Source: Candidatus Obscuribacterales bacterium (GTDB lineage: Bacteria > Cyanobacteriota > Vampirovibrionia > Obscuribacterales > Obscuribacteraceae). From it: DNA of 64,000 nt. The stretch is taken from positions 96,001 to 160,000 of the forward strand of contig CBDDIJ010000004.1 of assembly GCA_965228855.1 (NCBI GenBank). Direction: 5' to 3'. Shown here one piece after another: positions 29,603-39,264 of this stretch (positions within the stretch are counted from its first letter, which is position 1; each line of letters starts with the position of its first letter). The translations under genes and the position numbers were made by a program. The notes under the pieces were generated by a model. The model was not told the origin of the DNA. It saw only the letters and a list, made by a program, of their open reading frames with translations, and did not search any database.

Positions 29603-29943
29603 GCGTCCCCCTGCTCGAGAAGCTTCCGCTGGCCGGTGGGCAACTCAACCGTGGCTTCTGATCCGCAGCCGCACCCGCTGTCCTTGACGGTAATCTCTGC
29701 CGGCGCGGCCGGAGCCTGTCTACGACGCGAGAACCAGATGTACCCGCCTGCCGCTGCGACGATTGCGAGAGCAACAGCCACCTGCCCGAGGAACGCCAGG
29801 CTGGCGCCACTCAGAGCGAGCACGCCCACCACCCAAGGCGCGATCAGGGGCGCCACCAGCGGCGCGCAACATGCCGCGCACGCGGCGATAAACAGGCCGC
29901 CGGTTGCGGCCGCGCCCTTCCCCATTTTTCCCGCGTTCTTCAT
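29599..29943 (-). CDS. Small Cys-rich membrane protein
   Basis: ACAACCAP in the first TM, GCGCG tail; ATGA overlaps on both sides. Confidence 0.7.
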   Translation of the reverse strand: MKNAGKMGKGAAATGGLFIAACAACCAPLVAPLIAPWVVGVLALSGASLAFLGQVAVALAIVAAAGGYIWFSRRRQAPAAPAEITVKDSGCGCGSEATVELPTGQRKLLEQGDA

Positions 29944-30329
29944 GCGACCTCGCGGGCGAGGTGAGGCGCGAAATGCGCGAACAGTTCGTCGGCAGCAGTG
30001 GCTGCGGCCGCCGGCGCCGTGATCGTCAGTTCTACGGCCGTCTCGTCATAACGTAGGTCGAAATCCATGAAGGCACAGCAATCGGATTCCTTGGCGACCA
30101 GGTCCTGCATTTCGGCGAGGGCCTCCGGCCCGTAGGTCAAGTGCAGCCTCAAAGGTTCGCGCCGGCTCGCCTTGAGCGACCGGCGGGCGAGGTCCTCGAT
30201 GCCCGCGACGCGGGCCTTGAAGTCGCCGGCGCCCAGTGTGCAGGAGATCGCGAGGGTCGTCTGATCAACGGCCGGGCTGCAGGTGTCGCAGTAGGCGTCA
30301 GCCCGTAGCGCGGTTGTAATGGCATTCAT
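29940..30329 (-). CDS. Hypothetical Cys-rich protein (ISCTL...ESDCCAF)
   Basis: ATG 30329 with AAGGAG RBS; YCDTC, ISCTL, ESDCCAFM. Confidence 0.75.
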   Translation of the reverse strand: MNAITTALRADAYCDTCSPAVDQTTLAISCTLGAGDFKARVAGIEDLARRSLKASRREPLRLHLTYGPEALAEMQDLVAKESDCCAFMDFDLRYDETAVELTITAPAAAATAADELFAHFAPHLAREVA

Positions 30330-30362
30330 GCGAAATGCTCCTTTTCGTAAGCCTATGGCCAA

Positions 30363-30393
30363 GTCCTACTCCTTCAAGTAACTTGAAGGGCAA
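30363..30393 (-). promoter_or_regulatory. MerR-type promoter/operator for the leftward operon
   Basis: Perfect dyad CCTTCAAGT-A-ACTTGAAGG (30371-30389); TTGCCC-19 bp-TAGGAC on the minus strand. Confidence 0.8.
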
Positions 30394-30408
30394 CAGGAGC
30401 TTGTTCCG

Positions 30409-30852
30409 ATGAATGTTCACGTTCGCGTGTTGACGATTGGAGCGTTGGCCAAGGCCGCCGGCGTGACAACCCCCACGATCCGCTACTACGAGGAAATCGG
30501 TCTTCTGCCGGCAGCTGGTCGCACGGCGGCCGGGCAGCGCGTCTATGATGGCAGCGATGTAGAGCGGCTGACATTCATTCGCCGCTGCCGTGACTTTGGG
30601 TTTTCGATCGAGCAGGTGCGCGCTCTTGTCGGCCTCTCGATCAGCACAGACAGGGACTGCGCTCCGGTGCGCGATATCGCCAAAGGGCACCTTGAGGAGG
30701 TCCGCACCAAGCTCGATGAACTGAAAGCTCTTGAGCGCAGCCTCGAGACCTTCGTGGTCCAGTGCGACACGGTATGCGCAGGAGGGGCCGGGCGCGACTG
30801 CGTGATTTTCAAGGATCTCGCTAAGCCGGCAGCCGTCGCAGGATGTTGCTAA
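30409..30852 (+). CDS. Metal-responsive MerR-family regulator
   Basis: TIGALAKAAGV..TIRYYE; DCAPV, CDTVCAGGAGRDC, terminal CC. Confidence 0.9.
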   Translation: MNVHVRVLTIGALAKAAGVTTPTIRYYEEIGLLPAAGRTAAGQRVYDGSDVERLTFIRRCRDFGFSIEQVRALVGLSISTDRDCAPVRDIAKGHLEEVRTKLDELKALERSLETFVVQCDTVCAGGAGRDCVIFKDLAKPAAVAGCC

Positions 30853-30876
30853 GGGTCGCGCCGAGCGTGTTGAGGC

Positions 30877-30907
30877 GTGAACCTCAAGTTGCTTGAAGTC
30901 CTATCTT
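30877..30907 (+). promoter_or_regulatory. Second copy of the same MerR operator/promoter, upstream of the arginase-family gene
   Basis: GTGAAC-19 bp-TATCTT with CCTCAAGTTGCTTGAAG dyad. Confidence 0.7.
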
Positions 30908-30937
30908 CCGAGCTCCCACGATCCAAGGAGCTCTTCA

Positions 30938-31873
30938 ATGGACACTCTCTCAAAGCGATTGGCGGTTGTTGGCGTCCCCTCCGGGGCCGGCGCGTGTGGT
31001 GTGGGCCAGGAGGAAACGCCGGCCGCGATGCGTGCTGCGGGGCTCATTGAGCATCTCGGCCGGGTAGGCTTCGACGTCGCCGACCTCGGCGACTCCGAAG
31101 TCATCCCATGGCGCCCGGATCGCGCTAGTCCCCGCGCGCAGAATGTTGGAGCGATCGCCGGCATGCTCCGATCAACCGTCAGTCGAGTGGCAAGCGCGCT
31201 GTCGGAGGAGCGCAAGCGGATGGTGCTCGTGCTCGGCGGCGATTGCACGGTAGGCATCGGGACCATGGCCGGCGTTCGACAGGCGCTTGGCCCCGTCGCG
31301 TTGGCCTATTTCGACCTGCACTCCGATCTCAACACCCCCGAGAGCATGTCCGACGGCGCGATCGACTGGATGGCGCTCGGGCACATGCTGGCGATCGAAG
31401 GCAGCGATCCCGACTTACTCAGCGCGGCCGGCCAACAGCCGGTCATCACACCTGACCACATCGTGATGATTGGCCAGGACCGTTCTCGCGCGACCAGGTT
31501 CGAACGACGCCAACTCGATGAGTTCGGCATCCCAATCGTGCCTGTCGATGAAGTCCGGGCCGATCCACGAGCTGCCGCCCGCCGCGCGCGCAATTTGCTC
31601 GCCGAGCGTAGCGATCGCTATGCGATCCATCTCGATGTCGACGTCGTCGACTTCACCGATGCCCCACTGTCCGAACACCCGTCGCGCAATGTCGGCCTCA
31701 GGCTCGAGGAGATGCTGAGCGCCTTGAGGGTGCTCGCATCGGGGCCGGGCCTGATTGCAATCACGCTCACCGAACTCAATCCTCACAACGCTGCTTACGA
31801 CCCAGGATTGCTTGATCGGTTCGTCGCAAGATTGTCCGAGGCCATTTCGCGTGCCGGCACCGATCTACGCTGA
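30938..31873 (+). CDS. Arginase/ureohydrolase-family protein
   Basis: GGDCT, DLHSD, HLDVDVVD, ELNP; AAGGAG RBS. Confidence 0.85.
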   Translation: MDTLSKRLAVVGVPSGAGACGVGQEETPAAMRAAGLIEHLGRVGFDVADLGDSEVIPWRPDRASPRAQNVGAIAGMLRSTVSRVASALSEERKRMVLVLGGDCTVGIGTMAGVRQALGPVALAYFDLHSDLNTPESMSDGAIDWMALGHMLAIEGSDPDLLSAAGQQPVITPDHIVMIGQDRSRATRFERRQLDEFGIPIVPVDEVRADPRAAARRARNLLAERSDRYAIHLDVDVVDFTDAPLSEHPSRNVGLRLEEMLSALRVLASGPGLIAITLTELNPHNAAYDPGLLDRFVARLSEAISRAGTDLR

Positions 31874-31948
31874 CACGGGCAATCCATCGACGCCGTCGAA
31901 GCCAATATCCTTTGGATGTTTTGACGACTGGAATGCTAGCATCGTCAC

Positions 31949-33196
31949 ATGAAACTGGAGCGAATTTCCAACGGGATGCTTCCGGCCGGACTGCACCCCG
32001 GATGGCCAGTTCTGTTTGCGGCCATGGTCGGTACTTTCATGACCATACCCGGCCAGACCGTGGGCGTCGCGCCTTTCGTCGACCATATTGGCTCAGACCT
32101 CCAGCTCCAGCGCGACCACGTCCTGTTGCTCTATAGCCTGGGCACCTTGCTTGGCATTCTGCCGGCACCCCTCATTGGCCGTCTCATCGACAGATACGGT
32201 CCCAGGCGCGCTATTGCGGTCATTGTTCCGGCGGTCAGCGCGGCGTGCGTTGGACTCTCGCTGGTGACCGGCCCGCTGGGTTTGGCAATCGCCTTCACTA
32301 TGCTGCGGGGCTGCGCTATTGGAGGCTTGAACCTCGTCAGTGGGCATATGATCAACCTGTGGTTCGACCGGTATCGCGGTCGCGCCAACGCAGTGTCCAT
32401 GATGGGCCTGGCCTTCGGCGGATTCGTCGTTCCGGGACTGGCTGAGCAGATCACGGGGGTGTTCGGTTGGCGGAACTCCTATCTCGCCCTGGCCGCAGGC
32501 GTCCTTGTGATTATGCTTCCGGTGGGACTGCTGTTCTTTCGCAACCGACCGCAAAGTTACGGCGAGGTGCCGGATTTTGGGCGGGCATCGGCAACGAGGG
32601 TCGCCGAGCTTGCAGGTGGGCTGAGCGTCAGGGAAGCGCTGCGTACACCGATGCTGTGGTATCTGCTGGCAGTTGCAGTGATCGTCAACGCGGTGGGGAC
32701 GGCGCTGCTGCTGGATCAGTTGCGCGTGCTCACCTCCGCCGGGCTGGAGCGTGCGACGGCAGTTGGCCTGCTGGGTGTTGTTACTTTTGCGCAGGCCATC
32801 TCCGTTCTCGGTGGCGGTGTGCTGATCGACCGCGCCGGCACGAGGCCCCTCAGTGTACTGGGTCTCCTGGTAGGAGCATTGTCCATCACCTGCGTGATGC
32901 TGGCTCCCGGTTTGGTCGCGGGTTGGGCATACGCGGCCTCGCTCGGGGCCTTCCTTGGCCTTCTCCAGGTTTCTCAGGGGGCGGCCGTCGCCGAGCAGTT
33001 CGGCACGCGTGCGCTGGGGACACTGAGAGGACTGGTCTTCGCCGTCGGCGTCTTGGGGGCGGCGGCCGGTCCCCTGCCGATGGTCTTATGGTCTGAAGAA
33101 GCGGGCTACACGATCTTCCTGGCGCTGATCGCCGGCGCCGTGCTGCTGGGAACACTGGCATCGGCGCCAAAATGGCAGGTCGCACCGGGACAGTGA
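31949..33196 (+). CDS. MFS transporter
   Basis: About 12 TM helices; GRLIDRYGPRR. Confidence 0.85.
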   Translation: MKLERISNGMLPAGLHPGWPVLFAAMVGTFMTIPGQTVGVAPFVDHIGSDLQLQRDHVLLLYSLGTLLGILPAPLIGRLIDRYGPRRAIAVIVPAVSAACVGLSLVTGPLGLAIAFTMLRGCAIGGLNLVSGHMINLWFDRYRGRANAVSMMGLAFGGFVVPGLAEQITGVFGWRNSYLALAAGVLVIMLPVGLLFFRNRPQSYGEVPDFGRASATRVAELAGGLSVREALRTPMLWYLLAVAVIVNAVGTALLLDQLRVLTSAGLERATAVGLLGVVTFAQAISVLGGGVLIDRAGTRPLSVLGLLVGALSITCVMLAPGLVAGWAYAASLGAFLGLLQVSQGAAVAEQFGTRALGTLRGLVFAVGVLGAAAGPLPMVLWSEEAGYTIFLALIAGAVLLGTLASAPKWQVAPGQ

Positions 33197-33200
33197 CACA

Positions 33201-34775
33201 TTAATGGGCGTGCCCCTCGGGCACGTCGGCTGGCGAGTGCTCAATTCCAACGGGCTGACTTAGATCATCGACCACCACAAACTGTCCCATCATACCCATG
33301 TCCTCGTGCTCGAGGATGTGACAGTGGAACATGTAGGGCATGTTCGGATCGGCATAGTCCGCAAATCGCATGATGATGCGCACTGTCTCTGCCGGTAGCA
33401 CTACCACGGTGTCCTTCCATCCCTGCTCGTAGAGGGGCGGCGGTCGGCCATCGCGGTCGAGCACCTGGAACTGAACGCCGTGCACGTGGAAAGGGTGATA
33501 GGACACGGAGAGATTCTGCACGCTCCAGATCTCGAGGTCGCCGCGGCGCACGATCTGGTCGATGCGCATATGATCCATGGCCAGGTTGTTGATGGTGCGT
33601 GCCTCCGGGTCGAGTGTGAATTTGCGAGTACGCACGGCATCACCTTCCGCATAGCGCTCGATGGCGCTCAGCGTCGGTGGAATCGACTCCGCTGGAAAAC
33701 TGCCAGCGCGCGTCCGCAGTTCGAGGATCTGGAACTGCTGCTTCTCGTCGTTATCCGGAAGGAAGATGCCCTGCGCGAGATTGATGATCGGGTTCACCGG
33801 ATCGATGATCGGGTAACTCACCAGGGTGATCGCTGCGGGTGCGTCGCTTAGATTGACGAGAATTTCGGCTCGCTCGGCGACAGCGAGGATCATGCGTGTG
33901 CGCTCCACCGGCGCAGCGAGCAGTCCGCCATCGCTTGCGATTTGCCAGAATGGCCGTCCATCCGACAAGCCGAAGTTGTAACGCCGTGCATTGGAGCCGT
34001 TGATCAGACGTAGGCGAACGAGCTTCGCTGGCACGTCCAGGTATGGTGCATAGGTGCCGTTAACGAGAATGGTATCGCCCAGCATTCCCGGTGTGATGAG
34101 CGCGTCATCATCGTGTCGATAGACCAGTTCCCCCGCATCGTCGAACAGCCGGTCCTGCACCACGAGGGGTATATCGTCGATGCCGTAGTCCGCAGGCAGG
34201 TCGAGCGCATCTGAATTCGCATCGTCGATCAGGAACACCCCGGCAAGGCCGCGATAGACCTGCTCGCCGGTCTTGCCCATGAGATGAGGGTGGTACCACA
34301 GCGTTGCCGCTTGGTTCTTGATCGTCCAGTTCGGCGACCAGGAACCCCCGGCCTCAATCACCTGATGCGGCCCGCCGTCCATGGCCGCAGGCAGCTCCAT
34401 GCCGTGCCAGTGCACCGTCGCGGTCTCGTCCAAGGCGTTAGTGATCTCGAAGCGTACAGCGTCACCCTTGCTCGCCCGGAGCGTTGGCCCAAGGTAGCTA
34501 CCATTGAAGCCCAGCGTTGCCGTCTGCTTGCCGGGCAACAGTTCGGCAGTTCCGCTTTGCACGGCCAAGGTGAACACCTTGACGCCATCCACTACTCGAG
34601 GTTCGAGGAGCGGCGGGATGTGCAGCCTCTGCGTCAGCGCGATCTGCGAATTCGGATAGGTCGTGGTCTCGAAGCTCGGGTAGATCAGTGCCGCCGACAG
34701 CACCACGATGATCACGATGCCGAGGACGGCAACGAAACCGAGGATGACCTTGGGCAAGAGGCGCAGCCGGCGCAT
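33201..34775 (-). CDS. Multicopper oxidase (CueO/laccase-like)
   Basis: HWHG, WYHPH, HPFHVHG, HCHILEHEDMGMM; N-terminal TM anchor. Confidence 0.9.
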   Translation of the reverse strand: MRRLRLLPKVILGFVAVLGIVIIVVLSAALIYPSFETTTYPNSQIALTQRLHIPPLLEPRVVDGVKVFTLAVQSGTAELLPGKQTATLGFNGSYLGPTLRASKGDAVRFEITNALDETATVHWHGMELPAAMDGGPHQVIEAGGSWSPNWTIKNQAATLWYHPHLMGKTGEQVYRGLAGVFLIDDANSDALDLPADYGIDDIPLVVQDRLFDDAGELVYRHDDDALITPGMLGDTILVNGTYAPYLDVPAKLVRLRLINGSNARRYNFGLSDGRPFWQIASDGGLLAAPVERTRMILAVAERAEILVNLSDAPAAITLVSYPIIDPVNPIINLAQGIFLPDNDEKQQFQILELRTRAGSFPAESIPPTLSAIERYAEGDAVRTRKFTLDPEARTINNLAMDHMRIDQIVRRGDLEIWSVQNLSVSYHPFHVHGVQFQVLDRDGRPPPLYEQGWKDTVVVLPAETVRIIMRFADYADPNMPYMFHCHILEHEDMGMMGQFVVVDDLSQPVGIEHSPADVPEGHAH

Positions 34776-34890
34776 TCTTCCTCTCCGAGTGCCAAGATAT
34801 AAGCATATGGGCACGCAAATGCATATATCTGAAGCTTGCGCCCAAACGGTCTTGAGTCGGATAGTCAGATTGCGAGGATGGAGCGAGACC

Positions 34891-35217
34891 ATGAGTATGT
34901 CGCGCCGGCAAATGGCCGATAAGTGTGTGGCGGCCTTCGATATCGAATTCTTCCGCGCCATGTGCGAACCGGCACGATTGGCGGTTGTGCGCGAGCTGAT
35001 GGTCCTGGGGCGTGCCGATATCGCTGCCGTCGCAAAGAACCTACCTCAGGACAGGTCGGTCGTCGCACGCCACTTAAGGCAGTTGGCCGCCGTCCAGGTC
35101 GTCACGGCCACCAAAGAGGGGCGGCATGTCTACTATCAGATTGACGCAGCTGGCGTCAGATCGCGCATGGAGGGCCTGCGGGAACTCGTGGACCTCGTTC
35201 AGTCAGTGGTAGACTAG
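34891..35217 (+). CDS. ArsR/SmtB-family regulator
   Basis: FFRAMCEPARL...SVVARHLRQL...GRHVYY. Confidence 0.85.
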   Translation: MSMSRRQMADKCVAAFDIEFFRAMCEPARLAVVRELMVLGRADIAAVAKNLPQDRSVVARHLRQLAAVQVVTATKEGRHVYYQIDAAGVRSRMEGLRELVDLVQSVVD

Positions 35218-35259
35218 ACGGCCCCAACAGACCTGCCTCGGCCATTGCGGCCAGCGTGT

Positions 35260-36504
35260 CTACGAGACCGGCCTCGAACGGCCGAAGCCGCCGCTGGATC
35301 TCCACGCGGCGGCCCAGAACGCCAGAGCCATGATCACTGACGTGGCGACGATAGCCGCCAGCACGACGGCATAGCTGCCGGTGGCGGCCCAGATCCAGGC
35401 CGCTGCAAGAGGTGCAACTGCTTTGGCCAACACCATTGGGACAGCCAACGCACCATTGATAGCGCCGTAGGATTCCCGGGAGACCATCTCGGGGATAGCA
35501 ATCCCGCGAACAATGGTCATGACGCCGTTTGCGCCGCCGTAGAGAACGGCGACCAGAGCTATGATCCAGAACTGCTGTGGTGCGAGGTAGAGGATGGTCA
35601 TCGCCACAGGGAATATCGCCACCACAAGGAAACCGATCCGCCGACCCGACACCTCGCCAGCGAACACCTTGACCACCACCCTGCCCACTACTTGCGCTGG
35701 TCCGATAATCGCCATTGCGAGAACCACCGTGCCGGCATCGAAGCCGCGCTCCAGCATCATCGGGTAGAAGTGGAAAATGAACGCCGAGAAGGTCGCGGTA
35801 TAGGCGCCGAATGCGACCGCCAACCCCCAGAACACGGGGTTGCGCAGTGCCAAGACGAGAGGCGGATGTGCCGCCTCGCCTCTCACAATTGGGCGGGCCG
35901 GTTGGTCTCGTCGAGGATCGATGACCAAGAAGTAGAGGGCGGCGCAGAGCACGATGTTGACCGCACCTAGCACCTCGAGTGTCCCGCGCCAGCCGAAGGC
36001 ATCCAGCAGAATTTGGATGAGGGGTACAAAGACCGTCGAAGCGAAGCCGCCCCAGAGCGTCAAAGCAGTGATGCCGTTGCGCGAATGCTCTGGACCAGCC
36101 CTGCGAGCGATCACGGCGAAGGCCGGCTCGTACAAGGTCGCCGCCTGCAGTGCCCCAACCGCGGCGGCCGTCAGGTAGAAGAGCGGAAGGGAATCGACCT
36201 GTGACCACAGGAGCAGCATGAGGCCGGCTAGCACCGATGCGGCGGCCATCACATATCGACCGTGCCCGCGATCGATGGCAGCGCCAACGGGCACCGCCAC
36301 CAGCGCTGACAGGAGCAGCCCGATCGTGGCGCCGAGATAGAGGTCCGTCTTCGACCACCCGAGGTCAGCCTCCATCGCGGACGCGATCAACGGGAAGCTG
36401 TAGTAGAGCGAACCCCATGAACATATTTGCGCGACGCCGAGGCCGGTGATGAAGGTGCTCGCCCCCCGCACCGGCTGGCCAACACCAGCCGCGGAGTCCG
36501 TCAT
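35260..36504 (-). CDS. MFS transporter, ArsK-like
   Basis: LGVAQICSWGSLYYSF, TLYEPAF; coupled to the flavin monooxygenase in an ars cluster. Confidence 0.8.
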   Translation of the reverse strand: MTDSAAGVGQPVRGASTFITGLGVAQICSWGSLYYSFPLIASAMEADLGWSKTDLYLGATIGLLLSALVAVPVGAAIDRGHGRYVMAAASVLAGLMLLLWSQVDSLPLFYLTAAAVGALQAATLYEPAFAVIARRAGPEHSRNGITALTLWGGFASTVFVPLIQILLDAFGWRGTLEVLGAVNIVLCAALYFLVIDPRRDQPARPIVRGEAAHPPLVLALRNPVFWGLAVAFGAYTATFSAFIFHFYPMMLERGFDAGTVVLAMAIIGPAQVVGRVVVKVFAGEVSGRRIGFLVVAIFPVAMTILYLAPQQFWIIALVAVLYGGANGVMTIVRGIAIPEMVSRESYGAINGALAVPMVLAKAVAPLAAAWIWAATGSYAVVLAAIVATSVIMALAFWAAAWRSSGGFGRSRPVS

Positions 36505-37898
36505 GCGGGTTCGGACACTTTCACCGGTTGAGTAGCCGATGTGCCGCAGCCGCACCCAGCTTCGCCCTCCGATTTGGCAACCTCATCGGCCACACAGCAG
36601 GAGCTCTCGGATGCCGCCGGACCGCCACAACAGCTCGACGCACCTAGGGACGCTGGGGCCACGCTGCAAACGCCGGTTTCCGGCAGAACCAGATGTACTT
36701 GGCGAGCAGCCACGTGATCACCCGCAAGCTCTGCGACGACGGAGCGAACCTGCTCGTATCCGGTCGCCATCAGGAACGTTGGCGCCCGTCCATAGGACTT
36801 TGACCCAACGATGTAGAAGCCGGCTTCGGGCTGCGTCAGCTCGTCGACACCATGCGGCGGTACCGTACCGCAGGAATGAAAGTTCGGATCGATCAGTGGC
36901 GACAGAGCCGGCGGGGCTTCTGTGGCCGGATCCGTGGCGATACGCAACTCGGACAGCATGCCGAGGTCGGGGCGGAAGCCTGTAGCGACGACGACGCGGT
37001 CAACCAGCAGCGTCCTAGAAGTGTCGCCGAGCATGCCCATCACCGCCACGCCGGTGTCCGATCGCGCCAGCCGCGTTGCCGCAAAGGGGGCCAGGATTTG
37101 TAGTCGTCCTGCATCTATCGCTCGCTTGGCCGCCAGCCCCAAGGCGCCTCGTTCAGGCAACTGGTCGTTGAGACCGCCGCCGAGAAGTTTCTCGATCCGA
37201 TTGCGACGCAGTGCCCAAAGCACCTTGGTGTTCGGGTCTTGGTCCTGAAGCGAGAGCAGCGCGAGCGCCGCATTGATCGCGGAGTGCCCGCTGCCGACGA
37301 CCAGCACGGTCTTGCCGGCGTAGGTTCCGCGCTCAGTGCCGAGGACGTCCGGAATTCCATAGGAAATCGTGTCGCTCACGGTGCGCTCGCCGAGAACCGG
37401 CAGACCGTCGACCCCAATTGGGTTGGGTTGGGTCCATGTACCCGAGGCGTCGATCACCGCACGTGCCAAGGTCGCCTGCTCGTTGCCATTCACATCGGTC
37501 CAGCGAATCTCGAATGGGGCCTTCTCGCGACCGGAGTTCGAGACCTTGTCGAGGCCCTGCCGGGTGATCGATGTCACGGTGGCGCCGAGGTGCAGATGCG
37601 GAGCGATCTGCGGCAGCTCGGCCAGCGGCTGCAGGTAGCGATCGACGATCTCGCCGCCGGTCGGCAGGTCGGTGTCCTCGGGCGCATCCCAGCCGGACGC
37701 CTCAAGGAGCGAACGGGCAGTAGCGTCGATGTTGTACTGCCAGGGCGAGAACACCCGGACGTGGGACCATTCGCGCAGCGACGCGCCCACACCTGCCCCG
37801 CGCTCGAAAATCACCGGCGTGAGGCCGCGGGAGACGATCTGCGCGGCAGCGGCGAGGCCCACGGGGCCGGCGCCGATCACGGCGATTGGGAGGGTCAT
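36501..37898 (-). CDS. FAD/NAD(P)H-dependent monooxygenase, ArsV/ArsO-like
   Basis: IGAGPVG, VGSGHSA, IDPNFHSCGTVPPHG, SYGRAPTFL, Cys-rich tail. Confidence 0.8.
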   Translation of the reverse strand: MTLPIAVIGAGPVGLAAAAQIVSRGLTPVIFERGAGVGASLREWSHVRVFSPWQYNIDATARSLLEASGWDAPEDTDLPTGGEIVDRYLQPLAELPQIAPHLHLGATVTSITRQGLDKVSNSGREKAPFEIRWTDVNGNEQATLARAVIDASGTWTQPNPIGVDGLPVLGERTVSDTISYGIPDVLGTERGTYAGKTVLVVGSGHSAINAALALLSLQDQDPNTKVLWALRRNRIEKLLGGGLNDQLPERGALGLAAKRAIDAGRLQILAPFAATRLARSDTGVAVMGMLGDTSRTLLVDRVVVATGFRPDLGMLSELRIATDPATEAPPALSPLIDPNFHSCGTVPPHGVDELTQPEAGFYIVGSKSYGRAPTFLMATGYEQVRSVVAELAGDHVAARQVHLVLPETGVCSVAPASLGASSCCGGPAASESSCCVADEVAKSEGEAGCGCGTSATQPVKVSEPA

Positions 37899-37948
37899 CG
37901 TTTCTATCCTTCTAGAAGGTTCGAATATCGGGTCAAAACAAAAGCGGC

Positions 37949-38269
37949 TCAGGCGGCGGCTTCCTGGGTTTCGGTGGCGCAGCCGCTGTCCGCGCAGCAC
38001 TCGTCGGCGAGGTATCCGATGAGGGAGTTCATGCTGGAGTAGTTGGCGCGGCAGATTAAGGTCGTCGCCTGACGCTCCTGGCTGACGAGGTTCACCTCGA
38101 CGAGCTTTTTGATGTGGTGCGACAAGGTCGAGCCGGCGATGTCCAGTTTGAGCTGGAGCTTGCCGACCGGAAGGCCGTTGTCACCCGCGCGAACGAGCGT
38201 CCGGTAGATTGTGAGCCTGGTCGTGTTGCCAAGCGCTTCGAGCTGCGATGCGACTGTTTCGAGTTTCAT
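37949..38269 (-). CDS. arsR: ArsR regulator
   Basis: LEALGNTTRL...STLSHHI...LADECC. Confidence 0.85.
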   Translation of the reverse strand: MKLETVASQLEALGNTTRLTIYRTLVRAGDNGLPVGKLQLKLDIAGSTLSHHIKKLVEVNLVSQERQATTLICRANYSSMNSLIGYLADECCADSGCATETQEAAA

Positions 38270-38383
38270 GGAAATAGCGTAGCGGCGCCGGATCGGCTCG
38301 TCAAGCATATTTCCACAATGATCGAAATTTCTGTCATCAAACCTTCACTGGACACTCGCTTGTTGTATCCATAATCCTCGATA
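38256..38383. promoter_or_regulatory. Divergent ars control region with three ArsR-type inverted repeats
   Basis: TTTC-N10-GAAA (38257), ATTTC-N10-GAAAT (38309), TATC-N10-GATA (38366). Confidence 0.55.
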
Positions 38384-38384
38384 T

Positions 38385-38744
38385 ATGGAATCACCACTTG
38401 CCGTCGATGCCTTCGCCGCATTGTCCCAGTCGACCCGTCTTGACGCCTTCCGGCTGATCATGAAGCACGAACCCGACGGCTTGCCGGCCGGCGAGGTCGC
38501 TCGGCTGCTCGACGTGCCCCAGAATACGATGTCGAGCCATTTGGCCGTCTTGGCCCGCGCCGGGCTCATCAGCTCGGAACGGCAAAGCCGGTCGATCATC
38601 TACCGGGCCGAGATCGACAAGGTTCGCGAGCTCGCGAGTTTCCTGGTGACCGATTGCTGCGGCGGCCGGCCCGAACTGTGCGAGCCGCTCGTCGCCGAGT
38701 TCACACCATGCTGCCTTCCCGGGGAGGGAAAGAATGCCTGCTGA
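38385..38744 (+). CDS. arsR: ArsR regulator
   Basis: FAALSQSTRL...QNTMSSHL...DCCGGRPELC. Confidence 0.9.
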   Translation: MESPLAVDAFAALSQSTRLDAFRLIMKHEPDGLPAGEVARLLDVPQNTMSSHLAVLARAGLISSERQSRSIIYRAEIDKVRELASFLVTDCCGGRPELCEPLVAEFTPCCLPGEGKNAC

Positions 38745-39264
38745 TCGCGTCTACAATGTCCTGTTTCTCTGCACCGGCAACTCTGCCCGTTCCATCCTTG
38801 CTGAGGCCCTATTGAACCACGTGGCAGGTGGACGCTTCCACGCCTACTCGGCGGGCAGTACTCCCAGGGGTCAGGTCCACTCGATGTCGCTTGAGGTACT
38901 CAAGAGCGCGGGGATTTCCACTGAGGGACTCCGGTCAAAACCCTGGGACGAGTTCGCTGTTCCCGGCGCGCCGAAAATGGATTTCGTCTTCACCGTCTGC
39001 GACAACGCCGCTGGAGAGACGTGCCCAGTATGGCCGGGTCAACCGATGACCGCGCACTGGGGCATCGAGGACCCTGCCACCGTTGACGGACCGGAGTTCA
39101 AGCAGAGGGCAGCATTCGAGGATGCCCTGCGGTTCATGCGCAATCGCATCGCCGCATTCATCAGTCTCCCGCTGGACAGCATCGACAGGATGGTCCTGGG
39201 ATCGAAGTTGGGGGGCATCGGCGCCATGGACGGCTCGACGTCGAAGTCGTCCGGCGCCGCATGA
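38734..39264 (+). CDS. arsC: Arsenate reductase (LMW-PTP fold)
   Basis: FLCTGNSARS, FTVCD, CPVWPG, HWGIEDP. Confidence 0.9.
   Translation: MPADRVYNVLFLCTGNSARSILAEALLNHVAGGRFHAYSAGSTPRGQVHSMSLEVLKSAGISTEGLRSKPWDEFAVPGAPKMDFVFTVCDNAAGETCPVWPGQPMTAHWGIEDPATVDGPEFKQRAAFEDALRFMRNRIAAFISLPLDSIDRMVLGSKLGGIGAMDGSTSKSSGAA

Noticed and set aside
30409..30852. SoxR call based on the sox-box-like operator
   Set aside because: The protein lacks the SoxR CxxCxCxxxxxC cluster motif; its Cys pattern is that of metal-sensing MerR proteins.
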